61,186 nucleotides of DNA from Candidatus Omnitrophota bacterium (GTDB lineage Bacteria; Omnitrophota; Gorgyraeia; Gygaellales; Profunditerraquicolaceae), in the NCBI GenBank assembly GCA_028712175.1, contig JAQTQQ010000005.1, positions 54,906-116,091 on the forward strand, written 5' to 3'. This document shows, one piece after another, positions 49,920 to 60,096 of the stretch; positions within the stretch are counted from its first letter, which is position 1, and each line of letters starts with the position of its first letter. The notes below the pieces were generated by a model. It saw nothing but the letters and a program-made list of their open reading frames with translations. It had not been told where the DNA came from and made no database searches. The position numbers and the translations under genes were made by a program.

Positions 49920-50762
49920 TTAACTAAAATAGTCAAGCAATTGGCTTAAAATATTCTTCATATTTTTACGGTGGACAATCATGTCGATAAGCCCATGCTC
50001 TAAGAGAAATTCCGACTTTTGAAATCCGCAGGGCAATTTCTGCCTTATCGTCTGCTCAATGACCCTGGGCCCGGTAAAACCAATCAAGGCTTTGGGCTCC
50101 GCCATAATTATATCGCCAACGGCGGCAAATGAAGCCATAATACCGGCCATAGTCGGATTAGTCAAAACCGATATATACGGCAGCTTCGCTTTCTTCTGAT
50201 GGTAAGATAACGCGGCACAGGTTTTGGCCATCTGCATCAGGCTATACATCCCCTCATACATGCGCGCTCCTCCCCCCGAACCAGAAACAATAATTACCGG
50301 AAGCTTATTTTTCGTGGCAAATTCAACAGCCCGCGTGATTTTCTCACCAACAACAGAACCCATCGACCCCATGATAAAACGCGAGTCGGTCACAGCCAAA
50401 ACAGCTTTTTTAGAATTTATCTGCCCCGAACCGGATACCGCCGCATCTTTTAATCCGGTTGCTTCCTGATCCTGTTTTAATTTGTCCTTATAAGTCTTTG
50501 GCCCCTTAAAATCAAGCGGGTCAACCGAAACCATGTCTTTGTCAAACTCCTCAAATGTATCCTTATCAAAAAGCAGGTTTATCCTTTCATGGGCAGTCAA
50601 GCTGAAATGATAATTGCACTTCGGGCAAACCTTGAGGTTTTCCTCCAAAGTCTTATTATAAAGCGTTTCAGAGCACTCTTCGCACCTAGTCCATAGCCCT
50701 TCAGGAATTTCCTTTTTCTTTAACCGGACTATGGTATATTTAGGTTTACCGAACAAAGCCAT
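49920..50762 (-). CDS. accD: Acetyl-CoA carboxylase carboxyltransferase beta subunit
   Basis: 280 aa with the N-terminal zinc ribbon CEEC...CPKCNYHF and a carboxyltransferase domain. Confidence 0.93.
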   Translation of the reverse strand: MALFGKPKYTIVRLKKKEIPEGLWTRCEECSETLYNKTLEENLKVCPKCNYHFSLTAHERINLLFDKDTFEEFDKDMVSVDPLDFKGPKTYKDKLKQDQEATGLKDAAVSGSGQINSKKAVLAVTDSRFIMGSMGSVVGEKITRAVEFATKNKLPVIIVSGSGGGARMYEGMYSLMQMAKTCAALSYHQKKAKLPYISVLTNPTMAGIMASFAAVGDIIMAEPKALIGFTGPRVIEQTIRQKLPCGFQKSEFLLEHGLIDMIVHRKNMKNILSQLLDYFS

Positions 50763-50764
50763 TG

Positions 50765-52051
50765 CTATTCCTTTTCAAATTTATTAATCAGAAGCCCTGA
50801 AAGCACCTTAGGATAAAAATAAGTAGATTTAGGGGGCATTTTACTGCCAACAAGGGCAAGATTAATGATTTGTTCAATTTTAACAGGGTTAAGAAAAAAG
50901 GCGATCTTCAGCGGGTCCGCGTCAACTTCATCCAAAAATTCTAGCGGATCCGGGCTATATTTTATATTCGGCAGGTTTTCCAGATCAAGTTTTAAGATAT
51001 TTCTTAATACCAAATAGTTAAGAACGGCGACATCCAGGACCCTGTATTCCTTGGGCTTATCCGATATCAACTTATCTAAAATTTTGACATTCTTCAGCCG
51101 TAAAAGAAAATACTTTTTATCTTTATATAAACCGATTAAATGCTCCGTGCATCCGGCTTTTTCCATAAGGAAAAAAAAGCGTGTCCTGTCTTTAATCTGG
51201 TCAACATCAAAATATTCCCGGGCCTTTAAAATAAACTCATCAATATCTATTTTATTGGCTAATTTAAGCAGGCGGTGAATAGGCTGAATAGATAAACCGC
51301 GCGGATCGGTATTGGTAAAATATGACAGGCAATAATTAAAATCTTCGTCTCCGGTAAACTGGGCGCCTAATTTATCGCGCATAAGATCTCTCCAGGCGCA
51401 TGAAACCTCATAACGGTGATGGCCGTCTGCAATAAACATATTCTCATCATTCATGCTGGATTCAATTAATCTTACAACGTCCGGAGAATCGAGGCGCCAT
51501 AACTTATGCACGGTTTTTTCATCATCAACAACCTCAATAAAAGCATCCTTGGATGAAATGTGTTTCCCAAACACCCGCTGGATAATCCGCTGCTTATCCA
51601 GAAAAATTATAAATATGGGGCTAAGGTTTGCTTTTACCTGTTTGATTAACTTAAACCTATCCAGCTTTGCTGCGCTATGCGTATTTTCATGTCCGAATAC
51701 GGGAGAGCTCTTTTCGTCTCCGAGCCTAAGCAAAGAAATAAAACCTAAACGTGTTTTTTTCTCGCCACGGATAACATACTGCTGGCTATAAAAATAGACC
51801 GCAGGATGCTTATCCTGAACAAGGATATCCTCTTTAAGCCACTGGCGGAATATTACTCCGGCCTTCTGGTATTTGTCATCAGAGGTATCTTTTGCTAAAA
51901 GTATGTGAATAAAATTATAGGGAGAACGCTCATGGAGCTTATCCTGAAAGGAAGGAGAAATTACATCATACGGAGGGCAGACAACCTGCTTAAGATCTGT
52001 AATTTTCTCTTGATTATAAACAAATGCCTTAAATGCTTTTATTTTAGCCAT
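50765..52051 (-). CDS. DUF1015 family protein
   Basis: 428 aa with the N-terminal motif CPPYDVIS and ADGHHRY. Confidence 0.78.
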   Translation of the reverse strand: MAKIKAFKAFVYNQEKITDLKQVVCPPYDVISPSFQDKLHERSPYNFIHILLAKDTSDDKYQKAGVIFRQWLKEDILVQDKHPAVYFYSQQYVIRGEKKTRLGFISLLRLGDEKSSPVFGHENTHSAAKLDRFKLIKQVKANLSPIFIIFLDKQRIIQRVFGKHISSKDAFIEVVDDEKTVHKLWRLDSPDVVRLIESSMNDENMFIADGHHRYEVSCAWRDLMRDKLGAQFTGDEDFNYCLSYFTNTDPRGLSIQPIHRLLKLANKIDIDEFILKAREYFDVDQIKDRTRFFFLMEKAGCTEHLIGLYKDKKYFLLRLKNVKILDKLISDKPKEYRVLDVAVLNYLVLRNILKLDLENLPNIKYSPDPLEFLDEVDADPLKIAFFLNPVKIEQIINLALVGSKMPPKSTYFYPKVLSGLLINKFEKE

Positions 52052-52092
52052 TAAGCAAATATTTTAGCATAAAAAGAAATAAAAACAATAAA

Positions 52093-52347
52093 TTAAAGAC
52101 AGCCGGTACAACCTTGCTTTGCCTTAGGGCAGGCTGGAGCTTTATGGCTTGCTTCGGGCTTAGGCGGCTTCTTATAATCTGTGGCATAGAAACCCGAACC
52201 TTTAAAAATAAAACCTGCAGTACTGCTTATTAACTTCTTTAACTTTTGGCCGCATTTCGGGCATTTAGTTTTCGGTTTCTCTTTTATACTCTGCAAAGCT
52301 TCAAATTTATAGTTGCAAACCAAACATTGGTATTCGTAAGTAGGCAT
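52093..52347 (-). CDS. FmdB-family zinc-ribbon protein
   Basis: 84 aa with MPTYEYQCLVCNYKFE...CPKCG. Confidence 0.75.
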   Translation of the reverse strand: MPTYEYQCLVCNYKFEALQSIKEKPKTKCPKCGQKLKKLISSTAGFIFKGSGFYATDYKKPPKPEASHKAPACPKAKQGCTGCL

Positions 52348-52348
52348 A

Positions 52349-53464
52349 TTACCTCCCCTCCCCGCTAACCCGGGAGAACTCTTCCATTATTTTCCTCTGC
52401 TGGGAGGATAATCGTATAGGAATATCGACATTCACCCTGACTAATTCATCACCAATGTCCCGAGAATGCAAATCCGGCACCCCTTTACCCTTAAGCCGGA
52501 AAATCCTTCCGGGTTGAGTACCCGGAGGCACTTTCATCGATAATTTACCTTCTAAAGCCGGTACCTCTACCTCGCCGCCTAAAACAGCCTTAGACATACT
52601 TATATTTATTGAAGTAATAATATCATTGTTATGCCGCTCAAAAATATCGTGCTGCCTTACCTCAATAACCACATATAAGTCCCCGCGGCTGTTTGTACCC
52701 GCCTCCCCCTCGCCGCGTACACGAAGTTGAGAATCATTATTAACACCCGCAGGTATCTTAACTTTTATCTTTTTAGTGACCTTAACTCTGCCTTCGCCAT
52801 GGCAATCCGGGCAGGGGGTAGAAATAATTGATCCTTCTCCGCCGCAGCGCGAACAAGTTTGCGCCAGCTGGAAAAATCCGTTGGAAACCACGGTCTTTCC
52901 GGCTCCCCTGCATTGAGGGCAAACGGTTTTCTTGGTTCCTGCCTTAGCCCCGGTGCCAGAACAGCTCTGGCATGGCTCATATCGCGGAACGGTTATTATC
53001 TTTTCTAATCCTTTTGCTGCCTCTTCTAACGAAATATCAACCGCAACCTGTAAATCCCTGCCCCGGCGGCGAAAAGACTGGCCTCTTGTTTGCCTTGAGC
53101 CAAAAACATCAAACCCCATGTCGCCAAATATCTCTTCAAAAATACTGCCCGCTCCGGAGGCTCCGCCCATCTCCCGGAAAATACTGCTAAAATCAGCACC
53201 TCTAAAAATATCCTCCTGGGCATATTTCTGGTCTATCCCCGAATGCCCGTAATTATCATACAGGGAACGTTTCTGCTCGTCAGAAATGACGGCATAAGCT
53301 TCAGAAATTTCCTTAAATCTTGTTTCCGCCTCTTTCTTTTGATCGGGCTGTACACGATCGGGATGAAATTTAAGCGCCAACTCCCGGTAGGCCTTTTTTA
53401 TATCATCAAGGCTGGCGTTTTTCTGCACCCCCAGTATCTCATAATAGTCGCGCTTAGTAGACAT
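52349..53464 (-). CDS. dnaJ: Chaperone DnaJ
   Basis: 371 aa with a J domain (DYYEILGV, HPD), a G/F region and four CxxCxGxG repeats. Confidence 0.97.
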   Translation of the reverse strand: MSTKRDYYEILGVQKNASLDDIKKAYRELALKFHPDRVQPDQKKEAETRFKEISEAYAVISDEQKRSLYDNYGHSGIDQKYAQEDIFRGADFSSIFREMGGASGAGSIFEEIFGDMGFDVFGSRQTRGQSFRRRGRDLQVAVDISLEEAAKGLEKIITVPRYEPCQSCSGTGAKAGTKKTVCPQCRGAGKTVVSNGFFQLAQTCSRCGGEGSIISTPCPDCHGEGRVKVTKKIKVKIPAGVNNDSQLRVRGEGEAGTNSRGDLYVVIEVRQHDIFERHNNDIITSINISMSKAVLGGEVEVPALEGKLSMKVPPGTQPGRIFRLKGKGVPDLHSRDIGDELVRVNVDIPIRLSSQQRKIMEEFSRVSGEGR

Positions 53465-53473
53465 ATGTAATTC

Positions 53474-53508
53474 GGGGACGTCCTTATTTATTAAATAGGA
53501 GCGTCCCC
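53474..53508 (-). promoter_or_regulatory. Intercistronic stem-loop between dnaK and dnaJ
   Basis: 7-bp GC stem GGGGACG/CGTCCCC with an AT-rich, partly paired interior and no trailing U-run. Confidence 0.5.
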
Positions 53509-53515
53509 ATTTGAA

Positions 53516-55408
53516 TTATTTTTTCCCTTCAGGGCCTTCTTCCTTATATTCGGCGTCGATAATATCCTCTTCTTTTTTGGCGTCTTGCTTCGGCTCTTCT
53601 TCTGCATTTTTTGCTTTTGCATCCGGGCCGGCTTGAGCCTGCTGGGACTGTTTTGCGCTAGCAGCTTTATAGATCTCCTCCGCAAGCTTATGGGAAACTT
53701 TCGTTAATTCTTCCATGCCTTTCTTTATTCTGTCAATATTTTTATCTTTTACCGCAGCTTTTAAGTCATTGGCCTTTGCTTCAATATCAGCACGCTCAGA
53801 CTGCCCCACTTTGTCGCCGTAATCCTTTAAGGATTTTTCAGTGGCATAAACCAAATTATCCGCCTGATTAATTACCTCTATCTCTTCTCTCTTTTTAGCG
53901 TCATCTGCCGCGAATTTTTCTGCATCCTTGACCATTTTATCAATCTCATCTTTAGAAAGCTTTTTGGGAGCGCTAATACGTATAGACTGTTCTTTTCCGG
54001 TACCTAAATCTTTGGCTGAAACATGCACGATTCCATCGCGATCAATATCAAATTTTACTTCGATCTGAGGCACCCCGCGCGGAGCCGAGGGGATTCCCAC
54101 TAAATCAAACCTGCCCAGCTCTACGTTGTCTTCAGCCATTTGACGCTCGCCTTGCAATACCCGGATTGTAACTGCGGTCTGATTATCCGCAGCAGTCGAA
54201 AAAACCTGGCTTTTCTGCGTCGGAATAGATGCATTCCTTTCAATCAGCTTTGTACTAACGCCGCCCAATGTTTCAATCCCCAAGGAAAGCGGAGTAACAT
54301 CCAGAAGAAGCACATCTTTAACTTCTCCGGTAATTATCGCAGCTTGAACAGCGGCGCCTAAGGCGACACATTCCATAGGATCAACTCCGCGTTCGATTTT
54401 CTTACCCACAAAATCTTCGACGAACTTTCCTACAATAGGCATGCGCGTAGGGCCGCCGACCATAATAATCCTGTCGATTTCTTTAGAGGTAAGCTTGGCA
54501 TCATTAAGCGCCTGTTCCATAGGATGGCGGCATCTGTCAATAATCGGGCCTACCAGATCCTCTAATTTTGCACGCGTAATAGTCATAGTTAAATGTTTCG
54601 GACCAGAGCTATCAGCAGTAATAAAAGGCAAATTAATATCGGTGCTAACGGTAGAAGAGAGCTCAATCTTTGCCTTTTCAGCCGCCTCACGCACTCTTTG
54701 AACCGCCATCTTGTCGTTCATCAAATCAATTCCTGTTTCACGCTTAAATTGTCCGGTAATATACTCAAGAAGCACCTTGTCCATGTCAGTGCCGCCAAGC
54801 TGCGTATCTCCGCTGGTTGCCTGTACATGAAACACTCCTTGTGCCATTTCCATAATCGTAACATCAAGCGTACCTCCCCCTAAGTCAAAAACCATGATCT
54901 TCTGCTCTTTATCTGACTTCTCCAAGCCGTAAGCAAGGCAAGCCGCAGTAGGCTCATTAATGATACGCAAAACCTTTAAACCGGCTATTTCTCCTGCGTC
55001 TTTAGTTGCCTGACGCTGATTATCATTGAAGTAAGCCGGACAGGTAATTACTACCTGCTCAACTTTATCTCCCAAATAAGCCTCAGCATCCTGCTTGATT
55101 TTTTGTAATATAAACGCAGAAATTTGTTGGGGAGTGTACTCCGTACCGTGGACCTTAAACTTAAAATCTGTGCCCATCTTACGTTTTGCTGCCTGAATAG
55201 TCCCCTCCGCATTAATAGCAGCCTGGCGCCTTGCCGGCTCTCCGACTAGACGCTGTCCGTCCTTGGTAAATGCAACATATGAGGGAAACGCTTTACCAGA
55301 AGCAACTCCCGCTCCTTCCGCTGAAGGAATAATCACCGGCCTGCCTCCCTCCATAACCGCAGCCGCTGAATTGGATGTCCCTAAATCAATACCGATTACT
55401 TTTGCCAT
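53516..55408 (-). CDS. dnaK: Chaperone DnaK (Hsp70)
   Basis: 630 aa with [10 protein letters not shown] and DLGGGTLDV. Confidence 0.98.
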   Translation of the reverse strand: MAKVIGIDLGTSNSAAAVMEGGRPVIIPSAEGAGVASGKAFPSYVAFTKDGQRLVGEPARRQAAINAEGTIQAAKRKMGTDFKFKVHGTEYTPQQISAFILQKIKQDAEAYLGDKVEQVVITCPAYFNDNQRQATKDAGEIAGLKVLRIINEPTAACLAYGLEKSDKEQKIMVFDLGGGTLDVTIMEMAQGVFHVQATSGDTQLGGTDMDKVLLEYITGQFKRETGIDLMNDKMAVQRVREAAEKAKIELSSTVSTDINLPFITADSSGPKHLTMTITRAKLEDLVGPIIDRCRHPMEQALNDAKLTSKEIDRIIMVGGPTRMPIVGKFVEDFVGKKIERGVDPMECVALGAAVQAAIITGEVKDVLLLDVTPLSLGIETLGGVSTKLIERNASIPTQKSQVFSTAADNQTAVTIRVLQGERQMAEDNVELGRFDLVGIPSAPRGVPQIEVKFDIDRDGIVHVSAKDLGTGKEQSIRISAPKKLSKDEIDKMVKDAEKFAADDAKKREEIEVINQADNLVYATEKSLKDYGDKVGQSERADIEAKANDLKAAVKDKNIDRIKKGMEELTKVSHKLAEEIYKAASAKQSQQAQAGPDAKAKNAEEEPKQDAKKEEDIIDAEYKEEGPEGKK

Positions 55409-55409
55409 A

Positions 55410-55946
55410 TTAGCCTCCTATTTTTTTAGAAACTTTTACCTTGGCGGTTCGAAGCACCCGCTCATATATTAGATATCCTTTTTGCAAAACCTCAACTATA
55501 GTATGTTCCGGTAATTCTTTATTCTCAACCTGCATTAAAGCCTCATGATAGTTCGGGTCAAAGATTTTACCCTCAGCCTCAATAGGTTTTACTCCATGCT
55601 CTTTTAGCATTTCATATAAATGCGCGAGGATCATTTCAATGCCTTTTAAAAAAGCAGGTAAATCCTGCTTTGTAGATTCCGCCAAATCAACAGTACGCTC
55701 AAGGTCATCAAGGACATTCAGCAGATTTAATATCAAACCTTCATTGGCGAATTTTATGAATTCCTGTTTCTCGCGTTCAATCCGCTTGCGTGTATTTTCA
55801 AGGTCAGCTTGATGCCTAAGCATCTTATCGTGATATTCTTTGCTGATTTTTACCTCTTCCATGAGCGCTAAATATTCCGGCTCTTTTAAGGTAACTGTTT
55901 TTTCTGCTTTTTCTTCTTTTTTTAAATTATTCTTATGCTCTTCCAT
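55410..55946 (-). CDS. grpE: Nucleotide exchange factor GrpE
   Basis: 178 aa with the coiled-coil region [12 protein letters not shown] and a GrpE C-terminal beta domain. Confidence 0.93.
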   Translation of the reverse strand: MEEHKNNLKKEEKAEKTVTLKEPEYLALMEEVKISKEYHDKMLRHQADLENTRKRIEREKQEFIKFANEGLILNLLNVLDDLERTVDLAESTKQDLPAFLKGIEMILAHLYEMLKEHGVKPIEAEGKIFDPNYHEALMQVENKELPEHTIVEVLQKGYLIYERVLRTAKVKVSKKIGG

Positions 55947-55952
55947 AATCCT

Positions 55953-56687
55953 TTAGAAATCCTCCAAGACTTGGCTTAAAACATCAGCGATATACTCCAT
56001 AGTAGGAATAATATGATTATATTCCATACGCATAGGACCTAATACCGCAAGCCGGCCGCTAGGCTGATTTTTAAGCTTAAAACTAGAGATAACCAAAGAA
56101 CAATTCTCCATCTCGGGAAACCCAAGTTCGCTGCCGATATAAACCTTTACTTTACCGGAAAAATCCCGGTTAATAATCTCCAATAAGCGCTTCTTGTCTT
56201 CAATTAATCTGACCAGAAGGCGCATCTTATCAGCATCCCTAAATTCAGGCTGGTCCAGTATGCGGCTGATCCCTTTGTAAAAGATCTTATCCTGCCATTC
56301 CAAAAATGAGACAATCCCCGCATAATGCGTAATTTCCGAGATAACCTCCGAGGTATTTTCCAAGGCATCATCAAGACGCTTCTGTTTCCTCTTGCACTCC
56401 CTAAGGATGCACTGCTTTTCCTCAACCAAAAGCTCCATCTGTTGAATAAGAAAATCCACGTAATAACGATACCCTTTATCAGTAGGAACTCTTCCGCCGG
56501 AAGTATAAGGATGCTTTAAGTATCCCGACTTATCGAGCTCTGAAAATATGTTCCTTATCGTTGCAGGGCTTAAGTCAAACTCATCGGCAATGTCATCCGA
56601 AGCAACAGGAACCGCGTTTTTAATATAGCGGTTAATTGCCGAATGTAATACCGATTTCCTGCGTGAATTATAATCAACAGTACGCAT
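55953..56687 (-). CDS. hrcA: Heat-inducible transcription repressor HrcA (unusually short)
   Basis: 244 aa with a winged-helix N-terminus and SGGRVPTDKGYRYYVD. A CIRCE operator lies upstream. Confidence 0.87.
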   Translation of the reverse strand: MRTVDYNSRRKSVLHSAINRYIKNAVPVASDDIADEFDLSPATIRNIFSELDKSGYLKHPYTSGGRVPTDKGYRYYVDFLIQQMELLVEEKQCILRECKRKQKRLDDALENTSEVISEITHYAGIVSFLEWQDKIFYKGISRILDQPEFRDADKMRLLVRLIEDKKRLLEIINRDFSGKVKVYIGSELGFPEMENCSLVISSFKLKNQPSGRLAVLGPMRMEYNHIIPTMEYIADVLSQVLEDF

Positions 56688-56735
56688 TACTTGGCCTCCA
56701 AGAATGATCTTTTAATGCTTTAATGCCAAGGCGTA

Positions 56736-56763
56736 ATTTTAACACATTTTACTGTTTTGTCAA
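56736..56763 (-). promoter_or_regulatory. Putative sigma70-type promoter of hrcA-grpE-dnaK-dnaJ
   Basis: The minus strand reads TTGACA, a 16-nt spacer, then TAAAAT (preceded by TGT). A GGAGG Shine-Dalgarno precedes the ATG. Confidence 0.5.
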
Positions 56764-56768
56764 CACAA

Positions 56769-56795
56769 TTAGCACTTAAATAAGCAGAGTGCTAA
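56769..56795. promoter_or_regulatory. CIRCE operator (HrcA binding site)
   Basis: The minus strand reads TTAGCACTC-N9-AAGTGCTAA, against the consensus TTAGCACTC-N9-GAGTGCTAA (one mismatch). Confidence 0.87.
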
Positions 56796-56816
56796 TTCGA
56801 AACCAAAAAAATACCT

Positions 56817-57074
56817 TTAATCCTCCTTTCCTAAAATAATTTTTATTCCGTGTATATTAACCCGTTTCTCTTCCATCAAATAATGAACATATTCAAGCTT
56901 CTTTAAATCTTTCAAGGAATAAAGACGGCTCTTTCTGCCTATACGCTTTGGCTTGACCACGCCTGCCTTATCCAGTTGGCGCAAAGTCCATATCGGAATA
57001 TTAACCAGCTTGCACACCACGCTGATTACATAAACCGGCTCTTCTGCAGAAATCTTCAGCCTGAACATGGGCAT
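56817..57074 (-). CDS. Small MerR-family regulator, HspR-like
   Basis: 85 aa with the MerR HTH-wing pattern VYVISVVCKLVNIPIWTLRQLDKAGVVKPKRIGRKSRLYSLKDL and no effector domain. Confidence 0.78.
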   Translation of the reverse strand: MPMFRLKISAEEPVYVISVVCKLVNIPIWTLRQLDKAGVVKPKRIGRKSRLYSLKDLKKLEYVHYLMEEKRVNIHGIKIILGKED

Positions 57075-57095
57075 ATCTTGCCTCCATCCGGATTA

Positions 57096-57124
57096 ATATT
57101 ACCATTTCTATCTGAACTTGTCAA
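57096..57124 (-). promoter_or_regulatory. Putative sigma70-type promoter of the MerR-like gene
   Basis: The minus strand reads TTGACA, a 17-nt spacer, then TAATAT. The -35 is embedded in the palindrome ACTTG-A-CAAGT, and a GGAGG Shine-Dalgarno follows. Confidence 0.5.
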
Positions 57125-57151
57125 GTAAAATAATTATTTTTATTAGATAAT

Positions 57152-58411
57152 CTAACAGATAATTTTTATATCTTTATCTTCGCTTATTTTATCGTAAAGC
57201 CCCTTGGCTATGCTTAACTCTACTCTTACGCCCGTATCCAAATAATCAATTTTATTTATTTTTGCCCGGCGATAGAAAAAATCAACCAGCTCCATGCGGC
57301 TGTGCGGAATGATTACCTTTATATTTAAAAGTAAGCCGGAAAAATACTGACTTACTTTAGCAATTAAAGCTTCCATGTTCTCCCCGGTTTTTGCCGATAA
57401 GAGCACCGAATCAGAAAAGTCTTTTTGCGTAACATTAAGCCAACCGCGGTCTACGGCCAAATCAACCTTATTCAGCGCTGTAAGCATAGGCTTGTCCCCT
57501 GAACCCAGTTCTTCCAAAACCTCAAGGACTGCCTGATTATGCTGATATAGGCGGTGGTCCGAAACGTCTAATACATGTATTAACAGGTCCGCATCAACCA
57601 CCTCTTCCAATGTTGCCTTAAAAGCTTCGACTAAGTGGTGCGGTAAGTCATGCAAAAACCCTACAGTATCAGAGATAATTATGTTTTGCCCGTTCGGCAG
57701 AGATAAGCTTTTAGAAAGAGGGTCAAGAGTAGTAAATAATTTTTCGGAGGTTGGCTGGCTGGAATCAGTCAGACGGTTAAGCAAGGTTGATTTTCCAGCA
57801 CTGGTATAACCGACCAAAACAACCGAAGGCAGGTTATTGCTTTTTCTTCTCTTATGTGTTGTAAGACGGTGGAGCCTGAAATTATTTAAGTCTTCTTTTA
57901 ATTTATCGACTTTTCTTCTGATCTGCCGGCGGTCAACTTCAAGCTTAGTTTCGCCCGGGCCGCGAGTCCCTATACCGCCGCCTAAGTTTGAAAATATTAT
58001 TCCTTTGCCGATCAAACGCGGCAGCAAATACTGCAGCTGGGCCAATTCCACCTGCATCTTGCCTTCGGGGCTCCTGGCGCGTTGAGCAAATATGTCCAAT
58101 ATTAATTGTGTGCGGTCAATTGTCTTCTTACCTATCGCTCTTTCCAGATTACGCTGCTGTGTCCCGCTTAAATCATGGCTAAAAATTACCGTATCCACTT
58201 TTTCGTCATTGGCAATAGCACTAATCTCCTCGACTTTTCCTTTACCGATAAGGTAATTAGCCGTAGGTTTATCGCAAATGCAAATTATATTGGAGGTAAT
58301 TTCAACAGAAGTCGAAGAGACTAATTCCTCTAATTCCGAAGAAATATCCTCAATGCGCCAATGGCCTTTATCTGTTTTTACCTGAACACTTACTAAGAGA
58401 GCTTTTTCCAT
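57152..58411 (-). CDS. hflX: GTPase HflX
   Basis: 419 aa with the HflX N-domain and G1 motif GYTSAGKSTLLN. Confidence 0.93.
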   Translation of the reverse strand: MEKALLVSVQVKTDKGHWRIEDISSELEELVSSTSVEITSNIICICDKPTANYLIGKGKVEEISAIANDEKVDTVIFSHDLSGTQQRNLERAIGKKTIDRTQLILDIFAQRARSPEGKMQVELAQLQYLLPRLIGKGIIFSNLGGGIGTRGPGETKLEVDRRQIRRKVDKLKEDLNNFRLHRLTTHKRRKSNNLPSVVLVGYTSAGKSTLLNRLTDSSQPTSEKLFTTLDPLSKSLSLPNGQNIIISDTVGFLHDLPHHLVEAFKATLEEVVDADLLIHVLDVSDHRLYQHNQAVLEVLEELGSGDKPMLTALNKVDLAVDRGWLNVTQKDFSDSVLLSAKTGENMEALIAKVSQYFSGLLLNIKVIIPHSRMELVDFFYRRAKINKIDYLDTGVRVELSIAKGLYDKISEDKDIKIIC

Positions 58412-59319
58412 ATTTTTAGGGCTACCTTTGACGGTAAATCAGTTTTATTGATACTAATCCATTTAATGCGCCTGTCTTTTCGAAACCAAGTAAGCTGCCG
58501 TTTAGCATAACGCCGGCTATTGCGTTGAATAAGGCGTTTAGCCTGTTCTAAAGTATATTTCCCTTCAAAATATCCTTTTAATTCCTTAATCCCTATAGCG
58601 CTTTCGGCAGTTTTACTTAATTTGGTTTTAAGCAGGCCCCTAACCTCAGAAACTAACCCCAAACGAAACATCTTATCCACCCTAGCATTAATCCTTTCGT
58701 AAAGCAGCCTTCTATGCAGATGCAGCCCGAAAACTTTTACCAGATACTCTTTCCCAAGGCCGGTTCTATTTTTTTGCAGAACAGAAATCTTATCTCCTGT
58801 TTTCAAGTATACCTCCAACGCACGAATGATTCTCCTTGAGTCATTGGGATGTATCTTTTTGGCCGCCGCCTGATCAATTCTTCCCAGCCTTTTATAAAGG
58901 TATTTGGGCCCTTTAGATGCTAACTGCCTGTTCAACTTAGCCCGGATTGTTTTATCTTCCGGCACCATCGGGAATAACCCGTCAATAATAATTGAATAAT
59001 AAAGCCCTGTCCCTCCTACAAAAAGGGGGAGACTGCCTTTTAAATACAATTTCTCACAAACAGCTAAAGCATCACGGCGGTATTTAGCAACATTGTATTC
59101 TTCTTTAGGCGCAATAATATCAAGCAAATGGTGCTTGACCTTAGTTCTTTCTTTTGGACGGATTTTTGAGGTAATAATGTCCATCTTGCGGTAAACCTGC
59201 ATGGAATCGCAAGAGATAATCTCGGCTTTGATTTTTTTTGCCAAAATAATTGCTGCTAAAGATTTACCTATTCCGGTGGGCCCAACGAGGAAAAATATTT
59301 TCTTCTTTTCTAGCGGCAT
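58393..59319 (-). CDS. miaA: tRNA dimethylallyltransferase
   Basis: 308 aa with the P-loop LVGPTGIGKS. Confidence 0.95.
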   Translation of the reverse strand: MPLEKKKIFFLVGPTGIGKSLAAIILAKKIKAEIISCDSMQVYRKMDIITSKIRPKERTKVKHHLLDIIAPKEEYNVAKYRRDALAVCEKLYLKGSLPLFVGGTGLYYSIIIDGLFPMVPEDKTIRAKLNRQLASKGPKYLYKRLGRIDQAAAKKIHPNDSRRIIRALEVYLKTGDKISVLQKNRTGLGKEYLVKVFGLHLHRRLLYERINARVDKMFRLGLVSEVRGLLKTKLSKTAESAIGIKELKGYFEGKYTLEQAKRLIQRNSRRYAKRQLTWFRKDRRIKWISINKTDLPSKVALKIWKKLS

Positions 59320-59325
59320 AAAATA

Positions 59326-60096
59326 CTACTGACAAACCTTGGTCTGAAAACCTTCCATTGCAAGCTTGTTTTCTAAATCCAATGCTTCTTTTTCTGTTTT
59401 AAATTTTCCGGCTCTAACCCGGTAGCCTCTGGCGGAATTTTCTATATATGCAGGGAAACCTTTGGCTAATAATTTATCCCTCAAGTTGCAGGCATTAGAT
59501 TGATTTGAGAAAAAACCCAATTGAACAGAATATACGCCTGTTTGGCTTACTGGAGTACCGGGTAAACGGCCAACAACATCTATACCCCTGCTTAGCCTTA
59601 ACTCTGTGCTAAACGGGAAATCCCTTCTTAATTTAGACAGGTATTCATTTCCCTTTTGGCTGTTGCCTCTTTTAAGCTCTAACTGGCTTAGGCGGTAAAG
59701 CACGGACGCCTTATCCTTGCTGTTGGGATTGTCGGAAATTAATTTATTATAAATTTCTTCTGCTTCCTCAAAACGCCCGCCGAGCAGGAATGTGTCGGCT
59801 AAAGCAAGAGATGCCCGGGAGTTAAACTTGCTATCCCGGTTATTTAATACCCTGTTCAGGGAAGATTGCGCCAAATCTAATCTCCCTTCCTTAATGTAAC
59901 TTAAACCTAGGATATAGCTCAATTCATCAGTACTGCTAATGTTAATTCTATCAACCTGGGCCTGGCCTTCAAAGATTACCCTGCGGTAATTACCCTGCAA
60001 GAAATCAACTTTGAGGGCCTCCAAATCCGCAGCTAAACAAACAGCCGGAGCGGCAAAAATAGCCAAAACCGCGAAAGAAATATTAGTTTTTTGCAT
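59326..60096 (-). CDS. Secreted TPR-repeat protein with a C-terminal SPOR (peptidoglycan-binding) domain
   Basis: 256 aa with a signal peptide, TPR-like repeats and the SPOR pattern YSVQLGFFSNQSNA...GYRVRAGKF. Confidence 0.78.
   Translation of the reverse strand: MQKTNISFAVLAIFAAPAVCLAADLEALKVDFLQGNYRRVIFEGQAQVDRINISSTDELSYILGLSYIKEGRLDLAQSSLNRVLNNRDSKFNSRASLALADTFLLGGRFEEAEEIYNKLISDNPNSKDKASVLYRLSQLELKRGNSQKGNEYLSKLRRDFPFSTELRLSRGIDVVGRLPGTPVSQTGVYSVQLGFFSNQSNACNLRDKLLAKGFPAYIENSARGYRVRAGKFKTEKEALDLENKLAMEGFQTKVCQ

Noticed and set aside
52765-53252. A cluster of overlapping ORFs on both strands inside dnaJ
   Set aside because: These are shadow ORFs produced by the GC-rich Gly/Cys-repeat region of dnaJ. 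The dnaJ frame has all canonical motifs.
53491-53685. A 64-aa highly basic ORF overlapping the dnaK 3' end on the same strand
   Set aside because: It is an alternative frame of the Lys/Glu/Ala-rich DnaK tail, and its composition mirrors the primary frame. Its start would sit inside the dnaK-dnaJ spacer hairpin, with no Shine-Dalgarno.
55953-56687. The short hrcA as a truncated pseudogene
   Set aside because: It is a single uninterrupted ORF that keeps both the N-terminal winged helix and the conserved C-terminal segment. It has a good Shine-Dalgarno and operator, with no frameshift remnants in flanking frames.
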